Source: an uncultured Planctomycetaceae bacterium
Lineage (GTDB): Bacteria > Planctomycetota > Planctomycetia > Planctomycetales > Planctomycetaceae
Assembly: GCA_963976765.1 (NCBI GenBank)
Contig: CAXBME010000001.1
Span: 186,001-250,000 of the forward strand
Length of the DNA: 64,000 bases
Direction of reading: 5' to 3'
The notes beneath the pieces are model-generated. The model was given only the letters and a program-made list of their open reading frames with translations. It had not been told where the DNA came from and did no database searches. Of the stretch, positions 9,552 to 21,300 are shown piece after piece (the first letter of the stretch is position 1; every line of letters starts with the position of its first letter). The translations under genes and the position numbers were made by a program.

Positions 9552-11252
9552 TCAGAAGCTGCCCGAGCTATTGGATATCGACGATTCGACGTCGACGATG
9601 CGGGCGGTTGGTTTGGCCAGGTCGACCAGAACTGGCTGCGGAGTGTCGACTCGCGCCAGGTTTCCTGCGGCGTCGCGAGCGACGACTCGAACATAGAGCC
9701 TGGGCGGAATTCCCTGGCCGACGTTCCAGATGTACTGGCCGGTGTTCGGCAGCCAGTCCGAAATCTGCTGCCAGGGACCGTTCGGGTTTGCCGCGTACGA
9801 CAGAGCGATCGGTCGGTCGGCCAGCTTCTGGTCGGCGGCTTTCCAGGTGATGAGGATGCGGTTGGCATCAGCTCCCGTACCCTGCTGAAGCGGGAACAGG
9901 TTGACGACCGGCGGCGACGAGTCGACCACGATCGAGAAATCCGGTCGTTCACCAGGTTGCGGAGGTGGTTCGGTTAACCCGGCTCCGCTGGTGGCTCGAA
10001 TCGAAAATCCGTAGACGCCGTCGGATGGTACATCGACTTCAAACGGGCTGCGGTTATCTTCGTCGATTCCGTATCGGTACCACTTTTCGCCGTTGTTCTG
10101 GCTGACGAACAGGCCAATTTCGGCGACTCCGGACGGGCCGATGTCGTCGATTCGGTAATCAATGCTGAACTGTCGGCTCTTGACGATTCGATGCCCCGCC
10201 GGAGCCGGAAGTTCGTAGGCCGGGATTTGCGATGGATTGCCGGTTCCGGGGATCGACGAAACATTCTGCTGCTGCCATTGCGGAGTGCTGCCGTTCGGGC
10301 CGGGAATTCCTGACATGCCGGCTCCGGGGGAAGTGCCAGTCACTGGCGGGGCGGGGGCGGATGAGAGTGGGGCAGCAGGATTCGATGCGTAGCCGTTGCC
10401 TGTGTAAGGATTACCCTCGTAGCCGTGGCCCGGCCTCGGCGGGAGGGCTCCCAGCATTGGATTGGTGCCCGGAGTCGGAATCCCGGAAAGCAACGGGTTC
10501 TGCCCAGAGGCAATCGGGGCACTGAAGTCAGGAACTCCGACCGGTGGTGGAAGTGCTGGTCCCGGGGCCAGGCTTCCAATCGGGCTGATATCGACCTGGT
10601 ACTGAGACTGAGCTTCGTTGCCGGCAGAATCTTTGACTCGACCACGAACGGCGACCAGGCCTCCTTGCGGAATCGCCCAGCTTGTCTGGCCGCTTGCTGA
10701 CGGCTTGACCGGGATCTGTTGCCAGTCGGACATGCCGGTCTGTGTGAATTCGAGGACGATCGACGAGGTATCGACGCTGGTGTCGTCGATTGACCAGTTC
10801 ATAGCGATGCGACCAGGCTCCGATTGCTTCAGGTCGATTTTCAGATTCGGCTTTGTTGTGTCAACAACGACGATCAGGCCGGGCTGAAAGACAGCTCCGC
10901 CCGGATGAAGCTGATTGTTTCGATCGACCGTCTGGACAGCAAACCAGTATTCACCGTCGCTCGCCGCCTGGAAATCGAACTTTCCAGTTTGAGGAGCAAC
11001 CTTCTGAACGGCCTGCCAGTTCTGACCACGATTCTGCGAGACGTACAGCCGGACTTCGCTGGCTCCCAGTCGAGCGATCTCCTGAGGATCGTACTGGTAG
11101 GGAATTCTGAAGGCCTGGCGGCTGGTGAAGATGGGCTCGGGCAGGTTCGCAGCGGCTGGTGAAGACGGACCTGGCAGCAGAGGTTGTCCCTGCGCATTTG
11201 CTTCGCCGGTCATGATCAACAGGCCACAGGCCAGGGTAACCAGGCTCTTCAT
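9552..11252 (-). CDS. Secreted protein with two homologous beta-sandwich regions joined by a Pro/Gly-rich linker
   Basis: Signal peptide MKSL...ANA after RBS ggaggag. Duplicated pattern 'F.IPY/IDY...LYVS.N.G..W...DG.Y.F...VVD..P'. Confidence 0.75.
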   Translation of the reverse strand: MKSLVTLACGLLIMTGEANAQGQPLLPGPSSPAAANLPEPIFTSRQAFRIPYQYDPQEIARLGASEVRLYVSQNRGQNWQAVQKVAPQTGKFDFQAASDGEYWFAVQTVDRNNQLHPGGAVFQPGLIVVVDTTKPNLKIDLKQSEPGRIAMNWSIDDTSVDTSSIVLEFTQTGMSDWQQIPVKPSASGQTSWAIPQGGLVAVRGRVKDSAGNEAQSQYQVDISPIGSLAPGPALPPPVGVPDFSAPIASGQNPLLSGIPTPGTNPMLGALPPRPGHGYEGNPYTGNGYASNPAAPLSSAPAPPVTGTSPGAGMSGIPGPNGSTPQWQQQNVSSIPGTGNPSQIPAYELPAPAGHRIVKSRQFSIDYRIDDIGPSGVAEIGLFVSQNNGEKWYRYGIDEDNRSPFEVDVPSDGVYGFSIRATSGAGLTEPPPQPGERPDFSIVVDSSPPVVNLFPLQQGTGADANRILITWKAADQKLADRPIALSYAANPNGPWQQISDWLPNTGQYIWNVGQGIPPRLYVRVVARDAAGNLARVDTPQPVLVDLAKPTARIVDVESSISNSSGSF

Positions 11253-12349
11253 CTCCGCTCCTCCGCCGGAATCCAATACTGCGTATTCGCGAGCACGCTG
11301 ACCAGATTGAAAAGGCGGACACCGATCTGGAATTGCGGTTGCGCAGCCAGCACTGGCTGTTTTCCCGACATCGAAATGGCCTTCAGAGCCGAGTTCCGAA
11401 ACGAGTTCACCATCAACACGCAACGCGTGCGCAACGTCCCGAAAGTCCGCCGGAAATCCGGGTCTCCCTGTCGTATCGACCTGAGAAGTTATGCGGCTTG
11501 AAGAGAATCTTCGGATCAGTGGAGATAATCATTGATGAACCGCCGGTGTCTTCGCGCTGAACATCGGGATTTGTTCCTACAGCCGGCACGATTTATCACC
11601 AGGCTTTGAGCGTCTGCTGGGACTGCTTGTGTGCCGGCATTCCCTGCACCGATGAAGGTGTAGAGTGTGTGGAGACTCTCCGTAGACTCCCCGGCAACTG
11701 TTCCGTCTTCAGACACGATGGGACATTACGCCATCAACTGGCGAGTTGGCAGGTGGGAGCGGCCAGAGAATCCACCGCGTCGACCAACTGCCGGGAACCG
11801 GAAGTTGTCAGGGATCGTCGAACCCAACTTGTGGAAAGTTTTCGAATCGTTTTTGCACTCACAGGTGGTGATAGCAGGATGAACAGACTTCGGTGCTCAC
11901 TCGCTCGCGGGAATCATGTTTTGAGAGCGTATCTCTCAGTACAGATTGTACTTAGAGGATGGGGCGAGGCGGTGATTCAGACGTTTCGAATTGTCACAAT
12001 GCGAAGGTTGAACCAGATTTCGGATTTGGAGGCTTCAATGCGTCGAGAATGTTTCGGCGAAGTCTCCGCTCGTAGTTGGTTGTTTGCTCAAGTTGTTTTT
12101 TGCTCAGGGGTTACGTCGCGACGAATGGCGATGGTGCCGGCTTTGACAGTGTCGTCGAGATGGTATTCAGATAAGGCTTGCGCGGATTCAGCGCGAACGG
12201 CAACAGCATTTGCGCGAGCAGGGATGTTCGCACGTGAAAACGCAATGATTTCACGGCAGAGCTGAAGTGAGGGGCTGTTTTGATGGGTCGCGTCGCGGCC
12301 TCTCGCACCAAGAGAAATACAGAACCGAGAATTATTCGGGAGATCAGGC

Positions 12350-15300
12350 ATGTTGTTGACATCGTGGGTCCGGAGTTTTCGTCAGTCGCTGCAGAACCGT
12401 CGACGGGGAAACCGTCGAGGTTTCGATTGGCAAACTCAATCGCTGCACGGTGACGCGGGGCGTCGCAGTCGGAATACCGAACAGTTGGAAGATCGAATGC
12501 TTCTGACAGCCTTCGTTGTCGACCAGCAGTTCGTCGATGCGAATTCCGGCACCATCAACATCACCAACAGCACGATCGATATCGACAGCGACGGGACGCC
12601 CGAGTTTGACTCGATCGTTTTCGACGATGCCCGGATTTCCGGTGTCGGTGGAGTTGGTATCAACGTCAACCTGTCAGATCTGGTGCTGAACCGAATCGTG
12701 TTTCAGGGAGTCCAGATTGGCGACCAGGCGACCGGCGACAATCAGACTAGTGGCATCAATATCACGTTGAACAATATCGATCTCGAAGCAATCGCTTTTG
12801 ACGACACAATTGTCTTCAGTGCCTTCGGTGGCGGTCTCGACATTGACTTGACCGACGTCCGTATGGAACAGCTGGCGATCTTCAACTCAACGATTACCGG
12901 CGGATTGAATGCCGGCGTGACGATTGACGTGGCGAGCGTGTCGCGGAACGCGGTCATTGATGAGCTGGCGATTTCCGGTTCCACAATCGACGGCGTCGCG
13001 TTGACCGCAGTCGGCATCCAGAAGTCCATCATCGGCGCGTCTCAGGCAAACCCTGTTGTCATCACAGTCCCCGATCACGGTTTGCAGACTGGCGCAGAAG
13101 TTAAGATTACCGGCGTCTCCGGGCTCACTTCTGCCAATACTCGCGACACGATTACGGTTATCGACGAAAACACTTTTGAACTGGACAATACAGATGGTTC
13201 CGGAGATCCACCGTACGGTGGTGGAGGAACACTGACCACAACGACCGACCTCAACAATATTCGCATTGTTAGAAGCAATATTACCGGGTCAAGTGGACTT
13301 GATGGGCTGGCCATCTCGCTGACTGATGCTCGGGCTCCGGGGCTGACGATTCAGGACAACGAGTCGATCGACAGCATCGATCTCAGTCTGACTCGAACAC
13401 CCATGGATGGGCTGCAGATCCGCGACAACGAGGCGATCAACGCCAATCGCCCCCAGGTTAACGCCGTTAACGTTGATCTGGAAAAGTCGACGCTGACTAA
13501 CGTCATTATCGACGGAAACGTAATCGATCGAGGTGCCAGTGCGTCAGGCGGTGAAGGCGTTGTCTTCACGGCGGTTGACAGCAATGTCTACGGTAGCTTC
13601 TCGAATAACGTAGTTCAGAACACGTTGGGCGCTGGTTTGAAGTTTGTTGGGACGGCGTCCGATGAGTTTCAGGCTGAGAACCGTGGGCCGCTGGTTTTTG
13701 ATTTCAGTTCAGTTTTCGCCGAAACATCGTTAACCGCAGCAATTTCGGATAGCGATACCACGATTCTGGTTGTCGACGGGCGGGCCTTCCAGGCTCAGCA
13801 AGTCGTGATTATTGAAAATGAGCAAGTCTTTATCGAGTCGGTCAGTGGCAACACATTGACGGTTCGTCGTGGTGAGCGCGGGACGCTCGCTTTGAGTCAT
13901 GCCAGTGGAACTCGACTTCGTTCGGTAACGTCATCCGCCTCGGGGGTAGCACGCACGATTTCCGGAAATACGTTCTCAGCTAATGCTGGGGCGGGGATTT
14001 CAGCATCACTTGGTGAAGGCGCGGCTCTGAATGCTGATATTACAACGAATGTGTTTCTGAATAATCTGGGCGGCGGTATCGATGTCGCTGCAAATGACAC
14101 TCGTGCGGCGAGCACGACCATTCAGCGAGGCGGCATCAGTCGAACGGCAACCACGCTCAATGTGAACGATGCCAGCCCGTTCTCGAATTTCAATGTGCCG
14201 TTTGATGTCCTGGTTGATGGCGAGCGGATGACCGTCACAGCTGTTGACGGGAACTCGTTGACTGTCAGTCGTGCTGTGCGGGGGACCGTGGCCAGTTTTC
14301 ACGCTACAAACGCTACAGTCACTGCCGCTACTGGCGACGCATTGGACCTGAATATCGGCGACACCGCAGCCAGCCTGGGAAATCTTTTCGACGGCAATCA
14401 AGGCAACGCGATCAGCCTCCTGCTCAATGACAAAGCTGCGGGAACGTTCGATGTCGTAGGCAACACGATCATCAACACCGGGATCGGCAGCGGTGCACGG
14501 GCAACAGATGAAGACGGTATTCAGATCTCACTGACCGGGACGCAGATCAACGACGAAGCAACGGCCGTCCTGCGACGGTCCTTCATCAGCAACAATCTCA
14601 TCGGAGTTGCCTCTGTCTCGACACTCCCTGCTGCTTTGCCGATTGGTACGTCGGTCTTTCAGGTCGTTGATGGGAGCGGTTTTTCTGCTTCGAATCAAAT
14701 TCTGATTGATGGCGAAACGCTCACCGTCCAATCGGTCAACGGAAATATTGTCACGTTGACGTCGCCGACGACTGTTGGGCATCTTGCCGGTGCAGCTGTT
14801 CTGCGGACTGCCGGTGGCAATTCAGGCCGGGCAATAGACATCTTCTTCGACGAGCAGACCGCCATTGAAGATTTGCAGATTTCCGGCAACACGATTGCAA
14901 ATAACCTGGATGACGGTGTCCGGATCACCCGTGAAGATGATGCCGTGACACGAACGGTTAATCCGTTCGGAGAGCAAACACGCGCGATCACGATTGCAGC
15001 CAACACTATCAGCAACAATGCACAGAATGCGACGACAGAACAGCTTCAGTCCGGCGGTAGCCAGCAGTACGGTGCAGGTATCGAGATTGTCGTCCGAAAC
15101 GGTGACCTCGATCAGACGGACATCGAAATCCGCGACAACACCATCAGCCGGAATGCTCGAACCGGCGGCGGTGCTGATGCGTCGGCGACAAACGGAATTA
15201 ACCTGCGAGCTGAGGCTGATGCTCAGTTGCTGGTTGATATGACAAATAACGTTGTCAATTTCAGTGAAGGTGACGGAGTTTCGCTTTCAACTCGCGAAAA

Positions 15301-18300
15301 CTCATCCACCGATCAACGTGACATTGGCGGAACCTGGACGAAGAACGACTTTTCCAACAATGGTCAGAACGGAATCGATATTCTGGGGCGGTTTGGCATT
15401 TTCAATCTCCTTGTCGTCGGGATTGAAGGTGTTGACAGTGTTGATGGTCGAAGCCTCGGAAACTCAATCCGCCGTAATCAGTATAACGGAATTAATATAC
15501 GTCGCGGTGGAAACGCATCGATCGTCAATAATGACTTCTTTATGAACGGCTTAAGTGAACCACGGGCCGTCAATGTTGGAGATACAACGCCGACCGTGTC
15601 GTTTGGATTTCTGACTGAAGAAAGTGCAATCAACGGTAGCGGTATTCATGTTGCTAATGGTGATAATCGGGGAGTAGGGGCTCAGCTTTCAGCTTTCAAT
15701 CGGGACGTCAATCTCGACATTAAGGCAAACGTTTTTGAGGCCAATCGAGGGATGGGGATCGACATTAACTCCATCGCGAGCAGTGGCAACACCGTCAGTG
15801 CAACGATTCGTGACAATCTCATCACGGAGAATCGTAATGACGGTATCGAGATTTCGGGGCGTGTCGAGACAACGTTGCTCGGTAACTTTATTGACAGAAA
15901 CGAGGGCCGCGGTGTCGATTTGATGAGCTTCGGGTTCGGGCTCGAAGTTCTGGTTCAGTCAAACTACAAAATTGGTAACGGGCAGATCGAAGGCCGGAAT
16001 ACGATTGTTGGTAATCGTCTGGAAGGCATTTACTACGTCAACACCGCTAATGTCCAGGACCAGAACCTTCTGAGCACGGATAACGGTTCGCGACTCAATA
16101 ACGGTAATGTTCAAAGCTGGCCGGCAGCGATTCTGCAGATTGACTCAAATCAGGTCGATGCCAACGGCATTGACAGCGGAGCATCCGGTACAGGTATCGT
16201 TCTCTGGATTGGGACCAGTGGTGGTGAATCGTTTACAGAACGGGCTTACAATAATGCGACTGGTACGGCGACTGGTATAGGTTCTGTTGGTGGTGTCGCA
16301 GATCCGATCAATTTTGACTTTATCACCAATTCGACTTCTTCCCTGACTACATCTGACGGGCGAGTCAATAGTCGAACCAATGCACGAATCGTCAATAATA
16401 CTTTTGATGGAAACTTTGGTGATGACTTTACTGTCGATACGTTTATATCCACAGTTAATCCTGGTACGTCAGCCAGCCTGTGGGATACAACTTCTGTTCC
16501 TCAGTATCGCCTGAACAGCTATGTGTCAGACCCGCTTTCTCGCCTGAATCTTCAGTTTGAAGGAAATCAGGGGGATGGTCTCGACGTTCGAAATGCGGCT
16601 CCTGTTTACACCAACGACGAGCCACTCTTTAAACGGCGAATTTCTTCAAGCCCTCCCCGAAGTCCTTCGGGGCCGTATCCTTCGGGAACGTCGGCGCGTG
16701 ATGCTTCGCGGGTTCCTTCGCGTACTCGCAGTGGATCGATTCTGGTGCCGACTCAGGGAGCTGGCCCGAATGGTGCGCCCGAAGCCATTTATACGATCAG
16801 CAACGTGCAGCCAGTGGATGTTGGGAATGGAATCAGTAGTCTTCAGTTGACGCTGACTCCGACAACGGCTGCCCTGTCTGCTTATGGCGCAACTCTTCCT
16901 TCGATTTTCAACCGCGCAACTGTCGAAATTTATAATGTCTTCAGTGTTGATGGCTCGCCGCACTCGGCCAATGGTGTGTTCAGAGTGCAGAGTTTCAATG
17001 CTGGCTCACGAACGGTAATTCTTGAGAACACTGCGGGAGAAGATGGGCCTGCTTATTTGAGTGGCGGCACACTTATTATTAACGACGAGGTCACGGTAGG
17101 TGGCTTCCCACCGTTTCAGTATCCCGGAGAAGGGCCAACGACATTCCGAGTGGCTCAGGGGTTTGATACTTCCGGATCACTTGCACAAAATGAATTTGCA
17201 GACGGCGATAACTTCTTCGATGGCGGCAGCACCGGGGGGAGCCCGAATGGTCTTGTTGATTGGGGGATCTGGACTCCTAATGCAGCGTTGAACGGCGTTA
17301 TCACTAATGTGACATCGGTTGGCAATACCGTCACAATTACGTCGCCGAATCACGGTCTGACGAACAATCGGTTGATTGAGCTGTCCGGTGTAAACGGTAT
17401 TCCAAACATTAATGCAGTCTTCCTGGTGACGGTGACGGGACGCGACACGTTTACGATCAGTCGTTCACTTGATGGCGTTTACATTGACGGGGGCGAGTGG
17501 AAGACTCGTGATGAAAGTTTTCCGGATCCAAAGGCTCCGACTTTTCCGATCAGCAATATTATTGACGTGACTCCGGATCCGCGAACGTCAGCGGCTGGTG
17601 TGGTTACCCTTAACTTCAGTGAGCCAGTTACCAATCTGGATGTCGGTGACTTGTTTCTGACTCGCGACGGAGTTGGCGTTGATATCAGCGGAATTCTCGT
17701 TCAACAAGTGACGCAGACGCAGTACACCATCGATCTTTCGTTCGTGACGACTTTGGAAGGACAATACGAGTTAATAATTGATAACACGTTTCCTGAAGCG
17801 TCTTTTGTTCCGATTACGCCAGATCCACGAACTGAGTCTGCCGGAGTTGTGACGGTCAACTTTACGGAAGATGTGACCGGGGTCGATATTGGCGACTTTG
17901 TTCTCTCAGTTGATACTGGTGATAGTAACGGGTTTCAGGCAATCGACTTAAGTGAGAGAAGCGGGACGGGAAACAATCTTGCGGTGACACAGGTCAGCTC
18001 TTCGCAGTACACGATTGACCTTTCTGGTGTTACAGACGCGGTGGGTACTTATCGGCTGACGCTGCTCGCTCCCAAGTCGCAGGCGATTACTGCGATTGGT
18101 GGGCAGGGTGGGATTGGTACTCCGGTGGTGATTGAGTCGCTTCAGCATGGTTTGGCGACCGGCCAGACTGTGACTATCTCGGGAGCGACCGGGCCATCGA
18201 ATGGTCTGAGCACGGTTGTCAATGGAACCTACCGGATCGTCGTGACGGACGCCGATAGTTTCATGCTCTTTGATGAGACGCTGACAACAGCCGTGGTTGC

Positions 18301-21300
18301 TGATGAGTCTAATTACAATACGACTTCCACTGGGTTTGGAAGATGGAGCTTTGATCCAGAGATTGTCGACCGGGTTGGTAAGGCCTATTCCGTTGACAAG
18401 TTCAACGTGACGGCGGAAGCAACGGAAGTCTGGGCGCGTTCGAATACTGCACCGACTGCAGACATCATTGACGTGTCTCCGGATCCACGAAACATGTCCG
18501 TTCCGTTTGTGATTATCCAGTTTAGCGAACGAGTCAATTCCGCGCAGTTTTCTCATACCGATCTTAGGTTGTCCCGAAATGTTGGTGCCGGTTTTGTGAA
18601 CGTGCCTTTAGGGGTTGCCAATAATCCTGTGGCACTGGATGCTGATGCTAATGGTTTCGCGACCCGGTTCCAGGTGCCGAATCTTGGGGCAGTGACTTCA
18701 ACGGATGGTGACTATCGTTTGACGCTGATCACGACCGACACAAGTCGGATTTCGGATCAGCAGGGGTCGTTTCTGAACTTTCCGGCGTCCGATGAGTGGA
18801 CCCTTGTAACGACTGGACCTGCCCCTGTATTGACGACTGTGTTTCCGGATCCACGCCAGAATCCAGCCAGTATCATTCAGATTTCGTTTAACGAAGCTGT
18901 TGCCGGTGTGGATACTGCCAATGCGGCAAGTCACCTGACGTTGACTCGCGATATTGGTGACGGCAACGGTCCCCAGGTTGTACCGCTGGTGGACCCGTCA
19001 TCAAACATGCCGGTCCCGATTACGGTGATTGACCCTTTGACCTACCAGGTTGACCTGACGCCAGTGACTGGACTTGCCGGGAATTCAATCGACGGGACTT
19101 ACAGGCTGACGTTGAATCGTGGCAGTGGAATTGTTGCTGTATCGGACGGTGAGGCGCTCGCGGTTGACGCAACGGACTCCTGGGTTCAGGACAGTACCGT
19201 GCCGACAGTCGATATTCTCGATATCTCGCCGGACCCTCGCGTTGACGATGCGGGCGTGGTGACGGTGCGATTCAGTGAGCAGGTTTCCGGGTTAAATCGA
19301 AATAACGCAGCGGCAGATTTTACACTGACGATTGACCGTCGTGACGGTAATGGACCGCAGGCGATTAGTCTGACCGGGATCCGTGTTCGTCCTTTGAATC
19401 CGGTTCAGGCTGACGGAACCGCAATTCAGGATCCATTTACCGCATCCTCGGATATTTTTGCTGACACGTTCGTCATCGACCTTTCAGCTGTAACGGATGA
19501 GGCGGGTGATTATGTTCTTTCATTGATCGCCAGTGGTGGCGTTGCTGATCGTGCGTTGAATTCGCTGGTGATCACACCGGATGCCTCAGATTCATGGACA
19601 CGAATTGCGAATCCGACGACCGATCGTGTTATCGACTTCAATTTCCCTGGAATTCCGGTACCACCTCTTCTGTTTCAGGCTGAAACACCGAATCCAGTTG
19701 TGAATGATGCTTTCGATTTGTTCTTCGTTGACGCGACGCCGCCACAGGTTGTCCCTGGATCTGTGAATGTGACTCCGGATCCAAGAAGTACTGCGGTGGG
19801 TATTCTGACGATTGATTTTACGGAGCCTGTTGTTGGGTTTAACCTTACGGATCTAGTGCTGACTCGTGATTCGGGATCCGGCCCTCAATCGGTTTCTCTG
19901 AATGGATTGACGCTGAATCAGATTACTCAGTCGCGTTACACGATTGACCTGAATCTCAAGACGGGGGCTCCTGGAGATTACGTGCTGGGTATTCAGGGCG
20001 CAGGCTCGTTGATTGAAGACCTTGCTGGAAATCCGATTCAGGCTTCATTCATAACGCTGGATTCATGGACGGTTGAAAATATCGGTCCTTCGGCGACGGT
20101 TTCCGTGACGCCAGATCCACGTACCACTCCGGCGAATGCGGTTCAGATTTCGTTTACAAAAGAAGTTGCAGTTGCTCAGGTTGGTGTTTCGGACTTCAAA
20201 CTGGAACGTAACACTGGTAGCGGTTTTACCGAAATCATCCTGACTGGTGCTTCCATTTCTGCGGACAGCCCTTCAATGGGTTTCGATGATTCATTCACTC
20301 TGGATCTAAGTGCCGCCGGGTTGACCGACATGGAGGCAACTTATCGAGTGACGTTGGTTGCTGCAGATTCGGGAATTGTTGATCGAGCGGGTATTGAATT
20401 GTCTGCCGATGCTTTTGACGTTTGGGTGCTCGATAATACCAGCCCAACCGTTGACATCATCGATATTGCTCCAGACCCAAGGCAGTCGGAAGTTGGGACT
20501 GTTAATATCATCTTCAATGAAGGTGTGACCGGCGTTGATATTAACGACTTCGTGCTGCTGCGTGACACGGGTAGCGGCCTGATGCCGGTTAATATTTCTG
20601 GATTGACTGTTTCTCGGCAGACGGATCTCCGTTACACGATTGACTTGTCGGCGGTCACTACCGTTGATGAAGCGACTTACGAATTGAGACTTATTACGAC
20701 TGACGGTGTGTCGCCAGTGACAGATCTGGCGGGTAACCCGTTGCTGGTTGATGGCGGATTGGGAGTGGCCGACACGGCAGCGCTCGACAGTTGGTTTCGA
20801 GGTGTGGATGTTGTTGATCCGACAGTGAGTATTTCTGCGGTAACGACACCGCGTGCGAATGCTGCTGGTGTCGTAACTTTCACGTTCTCAGAGGACGTGA
20901 GCGGTGTTGACATTGACGATGTTGAACTGACACTCGATACGGGTAGCGGTCCAATGCCGGTTGATATTTCCGGACTGACAGTCACTGCTGCACCTGGGTC
21001 TGCAACGCAGTACTTACTGGATCTCAGTAGTGTGACGGTTACTCAAGGGACTTATGTGCTGCGAGTAATCACGACGGATGGTGCGACGCCTGTTATAGAT
21101 GCCGCTGGTAACCTCCTCGATTCGACGCTTGGTGGTGGGGTCGCTGACCAGATTTCATTCGTCGTTCAGACGATTGATCCATCGGCGGTGATTACACCTG
21201 TTTCCCCTGATCCGCGACTGAGGGATGCAGGTCTCGTGACCGTGACGTTCAGTCAGCCTGTTCAAGGGGTTGATATTTCTGACTTCTCGTTGACTCGTGA

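Noticed and set aside
11606..12265. 219-aa ORF upstream of the giant gene
   Set aside because: Non-ATG start, atypical composition, no motifs; cannot be supported.
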